Source of the DNA: Sumerlaeia bacterium
Lineage (GTDB): Bacteria; Sumerlaeota; Sumerlaeia; SLMS01; JAHLLQ01
NCBI GenBank assembly: GCA_040219255.1
Contig: JAVJSW010000068.1
Location: 32,001-96,000 of the forward strand
Length of the DNA stretch: 64,000 bases
Direction: 5' to 3'
Part shown: positions 60,501 through 64,000 of the stretch, one piece after another
How the letters are laid out: every line of letters starts with the position of its first letter
Position numbering within the stretch: position 1 is the first letter of the stretch
Notes under the pieces: model-generated
Database searches by the model: none
What the model was told of the DNA's origin: nothing
Seen by the model: only the letters and a program-made list of their open reading frames with translations
Translations under genes and position numbers: made by a program

Positions 60501-61685
60501 CCACCGACGACAGGCCTGCGAGTGTACACGACGCTCGACGGCTCGGATCCCATCGTCCCCGACCCGCCCGGCGTGGGCGACGAGAACGGCATCACCCTCG
60601 ACGGCAACGCGGTCGTGAAAGCCATCGGCTACCGCACCTTCTTTGGTCAGAGCACCAGCAGCGAACGGCCCTTCTTCTTTCAAACCGCCGCCCCGGTCTT
60701 CGATCCTCCGGGCACCAACCACGCGGGCTCGGTCGAAATCACCCTGACCAGCGCCACCAACGGCGCGGACATCCACTACACCCTCGACGGCACCGACCCC
60801 ACTCCATCCTCCACCGAATACACCGGGCCGTTCACGCTCGGCGTCGGCGACCACATCGTAAAGGCCCGCGCCTTCAACACGGACTACGACGACAGTTTCC
60901 TTGTCAGCCGTCTCTTCAAGGTCGCCGTTCCGCAAACCGGCCCCGCCATCACCCTGGCGCCGCAGGATCAAACAGTCGATGCGGGCCAGGACGCGGTTTT
61001 CACCGTCGAAGCCGACGGTAATCCGGAGCCGGCTTACCTGTGGGTGCGCGACGGATTCGTCCTGCCCCAGGAAACCGACGCGGAGCTGGTGGTCCCCGCC
61101 GCTCAGGTCCCCGACGCCGGCATCTACACCGTCTTCGTCAGCAACGCCGTCGATACCGTCAGCGCCTCCGCCGACCTGACGGTCAACGGTACCCCGACTC
61201 CCACGCCGACCCCGACGGATACCCCAACACCGACACCCACGGAAACCGCAACCCCGACCCCCACTCAGACGGCGACTCCCACGCCCACCGGCACGGCGAC
61301 TCTAACCCCGACCCCGACAGCAACCCCCACTCCGACGCCGACACCGACGCCGACCAGCACTCTCACTCCGACCGCGACGCCGACGCCGACGGGGACTGCC
61401 ACCCCCACAGGAACCCCCACACCAACAGGAACGCCGACGCCGACCGGGACCGCGACCCCAACGCCCACACCGACCACCACCCTGACTCCGACGCCAACCG
61501 CGACGCCAACGCCAACGCCGACACTGACCGCGACTGTCACACCGACGCCAACCCCAACCCCGACTCCATTGCCAGAGGGGGTCCTCCCCGCCTTGCTGGG
61601 TATGGAAAGCGTCGATCTGGAGAACGACGACGAGAACGGCGACTCGGTCGTCGATGTGGCCGATATTCTGGCCGGGGAAGGTTGA
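57510..61685 (+). CDS. Secreted S8 subtilase with multiple Fn3-associated (CHB_HEX_C-like) domains, Ig domain, PT linker and dockerin-like tail
   Basis: Catalytic residues in VADVE / HGTAVMG / AANG / GTSSASP; repeated IRYTxDGSxP...VKARAF. Start may be 57547. Confidence 0.9.
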   Translation: MSCVFIKRLTAAMLLLLSIAPVAGVASSPEVAVQKSHHEDHVIIVKFRDGLKVRLRAGELKEESGKGLKSAAEAKVFSRYDASTWKRLHQAPEKELDGLRALGASKSGKALPDLNNYYHLFLADGVSAQEAVNDFRGLESVEGAWFVSKPLPSATPLEYTNPDPADPAFTYQGYLDPAPEGIDARYAFELGINGSFMRVADVEYGLNHSHEDFPSITLIQTPNLPQGFTDDHGTAVMGMLSADPFNDFGVSGIASSADFFFSPSYYTGVVNIPAAITNILAAGGGGFEEGDIILLEAQSAGPNFDSDQNPQFGLVPVEWEKPTYDAIITATASGVIVVEAAANGSQDLDNSDYTTGNGGHFPFQMAGNTRLKDSGAIIVGAGRGPAYGDDARSAYGYSNHGGRVDVQGWGGLVVTSGYGLLYPGEDELDADSDNDLWYTGEFGGTSSASPMVAGAAALIQDFHKRFDNYAGEVLSPSELRQLLIDTGTPQTGSNEIGPLPDIRAAFTSLAGPDLPLAPVITPNGGPFDAPAQVTIDFAPADTNGINLRYTLNGSDPTPEDFQFIPSQGDRLYLNYSATVKARAFNGLGLPGPVTTAEFVSTTPQVEPVAILPANGEFTGSVQVSLSTATPGATIRYRTDGRSPSFFYPGTLYNGPFTIDDDATITARGYNDGFYKSDVSTKEFTRLPDPEVTLPSPTIYPGTGEFAGGLTFYMGTTILGGEIRFTIDGSEPTVSSPVFSDPITIQSPLARTTVTAKAKVFLDGYNPSDTATAEYTIFNELDPPIIEVSPGTEAVGQATITMTNPNPSGRIHYSLSGTVPYLFDPVYSEPIEYDDPGGRTIYAVVYDSGVFSDFAEVRITVYSEDADQVEDPVLTPLFGTIIGGSEVTMTSLTQNAIIRYELGDNEAASPVTTSSPIYNGPIELLDQDGDPFTNDFYFFRAKAFRTGFIPSNEFFKTYSVSDPLGTIANPQITTDDGLDPATGKYINPIDLEFIISTTPPTTGLRVYTTLDGSDPIVPDPPGVGDENGITLDGNAVVKAIGYRTFFGQSTSSERPFFFQTAAPVFDPPGTNHAGSVEITLTSATNGADIHYTLDGTDPTPSSTEYTGPFTLGVGDHIVKARAFNTDYDDSFLVSRLFKVAVPQTGPAITLAPQDQTVDAGQDAVFTVEADGNPEPAYLWVRDGFVLPQETDAELVVPAAQVPDAGIYTVFVSNAVDTVSASADLTVNGTPTPTPTPTDTPTPTPTETATPTPTQTATPTPTGTATLTPTPTATPTPTPTPTPTSTLTPTATPTPTGTATPTGTPTPTGTPTPTGTATPTPTPTTTLTPTPTATPTPTPTLTATVTPTPTPTPTPLPEGVLPALLGMESVDLENDDENGDSVVDVADILAGEG
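61190..61570 (+). repeat. Pro-Thr low-complexity linker
   Basis: About 125 codons of (TP)n with T-A/G variants. Confidence 0.9.
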
Positions 61686-61779
61686 CCAGTCCTTTGACTC
61701 GCCGGCGGCTTATCCATTCTTGACCCCTCGGCCCTGGGCGCACTAACTGGTTTGAAGCAGTCCAAACCGGAGTTCGTCC

Positions 61780-62490
61780 ATGCTTGTTCGTCCCCTTCTT
61801 GTCGGTGGAATCCTTTGCGCGGGAGGAATCTCCGCTGGGGCCACCGATTCTTCCCACGGCACCGCCCTTCCCGCGGGTGAGCAATGCATCGAAACCGTGG
61901 CCGACGGCGGCCTCGAAAACACGGATGGGACAACCATCTGGCGCCAGGAATCGATGGCCTTCGGTTCGCCCGTTTGCTCTGTCGATCTCTGTGGCGGCCC
62001 CGAGCCCCGCAGCGGATCCTGGCACGCCTGGTTCGGTGGTACCACCGGGGCGGAAACCTCCTTCATCGAGCAAGACGTCACCTTGCCCGTCGCTGCCTCG
62101 GCCGAACTCGTCTTCTGGCTCGAAATCCAGGGCACCGCCCTCGACGCCCCCGGCGAACTCACCGTCAGCCTCGACGACAACGTCCTTCTTCGTGCCGACT
62201 TCTCACGCGGAGCCCGCCCCTACGAGCGCCGCGCCTTCGACGTCAGCCGCTTCGCCGATGGGCTGACGTATACACTCCGCTTCGCTTTCGACAACGGCGG
62301 CGGCGATCCCACCGACCGCACCAGTTTCCTCGTCGACGACATCAGCCTGGAGGTCTGCACCACCTCCGTTCCGCCTCTCCTGCGCACACAGACCGAGCAC
62401 CTGCTGGGCCTGCGAAGCGACGCCGCCGACCAAAACTCCGACGCCGTCCTCGACTCCGCCGATGTCGTGATGGCGCTTCGAAATTCTTAG
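61780..62490 (+). CDS. Secreted beta-sandwich protein with a dockerin-like C-terminus
   Basis: DGGLE..PRSGSWHAWFGG..FLVDDISLEVC; HLLG..DQNSDAVLDSADVV. Confidence 0.7.
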   Translation: MLVRPLLVGGILCAGGISAGATDSSHGTALPAGEQCIETVADGGLENTDGTTIWRQESMAFGSPVCSVDLCGGPEPRSGSWHAWFGGTTGAETSFIEQDVTLPVAASAELVFWLEIQGTALDAPGELTVSLDDNVLLRADFSRGARPYERRAFDVSRFADGLTYTLRFAFDNGGGDPTDRTSFLVDDISLEVCTTSVPPLLRTQTEHLLGLRSDAADQNSDAVLDSADVVMALRNS

Positions 62491-62644
62491 AACGGCCGAT
62501 CATTCCCGTTGCCACCGGCGAAACGAAATCGGTGGAACGCTCCATCCCCCGCCGCATTCCCCCCTTGCCTCGCGGCGCGCGTCCGGCTTTCCATGGCGCG
62601 CCCCGGCAACGGGGGCTTTCTCATTCCTCGTTAAGGACCCTTCC

Positions 62645-63841
62645 ATGAAAGTTTCCCAGCGCGTTTCCAGCCTCACCCCCTCTCTGACGCTGGCGCTGAC
62701 GGCGAAGGCCAAGGCCATGAAGGCCGAGGGCATCGACGTCGTCTCCTTCGGTGCCGGCGAACCCGATTTCGACACGCCGGACTTCATCAAGGACGTCGCC
62801 ATCGAGGACCTGCGCGCGGGACGAACGAAATATACGGCCGCCAAGGGCGGGCCGGAAATCCTCAAAGGCGTCCAGGAAGCCCTCAAGCGCGACTACTCGC
62901 TCGAATACAAGGACACCGAAATCCTCGTGTCCGTTGGCGGCAAGCACACGCTCTATAACATCTTCATGGCCGTCGTCGATCCCGGCGACGAAGTCATCAT
63001 CCCCGCGCCCTACTGGCTCACCTATCCCGAGCAGGTCCGCGCCGCCGACGGCGTCCCGGTCTTCGTCGATTGCGGACCCGAGCAGAACTTCAAGCTGACC
63101 GCCGATCAGCTTGAAACCGCCATCACGGATAAGACCGTCGCCGTAGTCCTCAACAGCCCCAGCAATCCCACCGGCGCCGTCTATACCAAGGCCGAACTGC
63201 TGGCTCTCGGCAAGGTCCTGGAGAAGCACCCCAAGGTCCTCCTCATCAGCGACGACCTCTATCAGCTCCTCGTCTATTCGCCGGCCGAGTTCCACTCCCT
63301 GGTCACGCTCATGCCCAGCCTGCGCGAGCGCTCGATCATCGTGAACGGCTGGTCCAAGGCCTACAGCATGACCGGCTGGCGCCTCGGCTGGTGCGCCGGA
63401 CCGCAACCCCTCATCAAGGCCATGTCCACCCTCCAGAGCCACTCCACGTCCAACGTCACCACCTTCTGTCAACGCGCCGCCGCCGCCGCCATCACGAGCG
63501 ACCATGCCTTCCTGCGCGAGTGGAAGACCGAATTCGACGCCCGCCGCAAACTCATCGTGGACCTGTTGAACGCCATCCCCGGCGTCACCTGCTCCGCCCC
63601 CGAAGGCGCCTTCTACGCCTTCCCGGACATCTCCGGCCTCTACGGTAAGACTTACGGCGGCAAGGTGGTCAAGGATTCCATGGACTTCGCCGACGCCTGC
63701 CTCGAACAAGCCAAAGTCTCCGTCGTCCCCGGCCAGGTCTTCGGCGAAGACCGCTGCATCCGCCTGAGCTACGCCACCAGCCGCGCCAACATCGAAAAGG
63801 GCCTCGAACGCCTGAAAGACTTCGCGGCGTCGGGGAAGTAA
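62645..63841 (+). CDS. aspC: Class I PLP aminotransferase (aspartate aminotransferase)
   Basis: GAGEPDFDTP, NSPSNPTG, SKAYSMTGWRLG, IRLSYA. Confidence 0.92.
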   Translation: MKVSQRVSSLTPSLTLALTAKAKAMKAEGIDVVSFGAGEPDFDTPDFIKDVAIEDLRAGRTKYTAAKGGPEILKGVQEALKRDYSLEYKDTEILVSVGGKHTLYNIFMAVVDPGDEVIIPAPYWLTYPEQVRAADGVPVFVDCGPEQNFKLTADQLETAITDKTVAVVLNSPSNPTGAVYTKAELLALGKVLEKHPKVLLISDDLYQLLVYSPAEFHSLVTLMPSLRERSIIVNGWSKAYSMTGWRLGWCAGPQPLIKAMSTLQSHSTSNVTTFCQRAAAAAITSDHAFLREWKTEFDARRKLIVDLLNAIPGVTCSAPEGAFYAFPDISGLYGKTYGGKVVKDSMDFADACLEQAKVSVVPGQVFGEDRCIRLSYATSRANIEKGLERLKDFAASGK

Positions 63842-63852
63842 AACCACACAAG

Positions 63853-63879
63853 GTAACACGGGCGTCCCGCCCGTGCTAC
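63853..63879. repeat. REP-like palindrome (family C)
   Basis: gtaacacgggcg-tcc-cgcccgtgctac just after the aspC stop codon. Confidence 0.6.
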
Positions 63880-63930
63880 ACAACTGATTCCCCTTGATCT
63901 TGTTCAGGGGACGGAGCGACAGCAGCCTCC

Positions 63931-64000
63931 ATGATGACTCTGCGCCGCTTCCTCCCCATTCTGCTCCTCACCCTCGTCCTCGCCGGCTGCGGCACGTCGA
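63931..64000 (+). CDS. Lipoprotein, 3' partial
   Basis: MMTLRRFLPILLLTLVLAGCGTS with an LAGC lipobox. Confidence 0.65.
   Translation, partial: MMTLRRFLPILLLTLVLAGCGTS

Noticed and set aside
61190-61570. ACC/CCG-rich tandem DNA as a contingency locus or telomere-like repeat
   Set aside because: It is explained by a Pro-Thr protein linker with varied codons.

Overview
GC-rich bacterial chromosomal DNA with about 52 protein-coding genes. I see no rRNA, tRNA, CRISPR array, integrase or transposase. Secreted proteins carrying a C-terminal V-x-x-W-x-L-Y tail and dockerin-like loops suggest Candidatus Sumerlaeota (BRC1); this is an inference. Housekeeping genes include prfB (with its +1 programmed frameshift), tex, thiC with a TPP riboswitch, accA, gatB, mgtE, an aspartate aminotransferase, mglA-mglB and a C-terminally truncated hrpB. 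Accessory content: (i) a furan/cyclopropane fatty-acid cluster (SDR, UfaD-like, DUF1365, Cfa/UfaM-like, DUF2878, SnoaL, DUF1475) headed by an Xis-type HTH plus B12-binding-fold regulator whose cobalt-ligating His is replaced by Tyr, with 9-bp direct repeats in its promoter; (ii) a DUF4160/DUF2442 toxin-antitoxin cassette 22 bp downstream of thiC; (iii) several large surface proteins, notably a two-gene operon of a ~1580-aa dockerin/Ig/helical protein ending in exact 20-aa repeats plus a Gly-rich partner; (iv) three families of short intergenic repeats. All functional calls come from motif recognition by eye, with no database searches.
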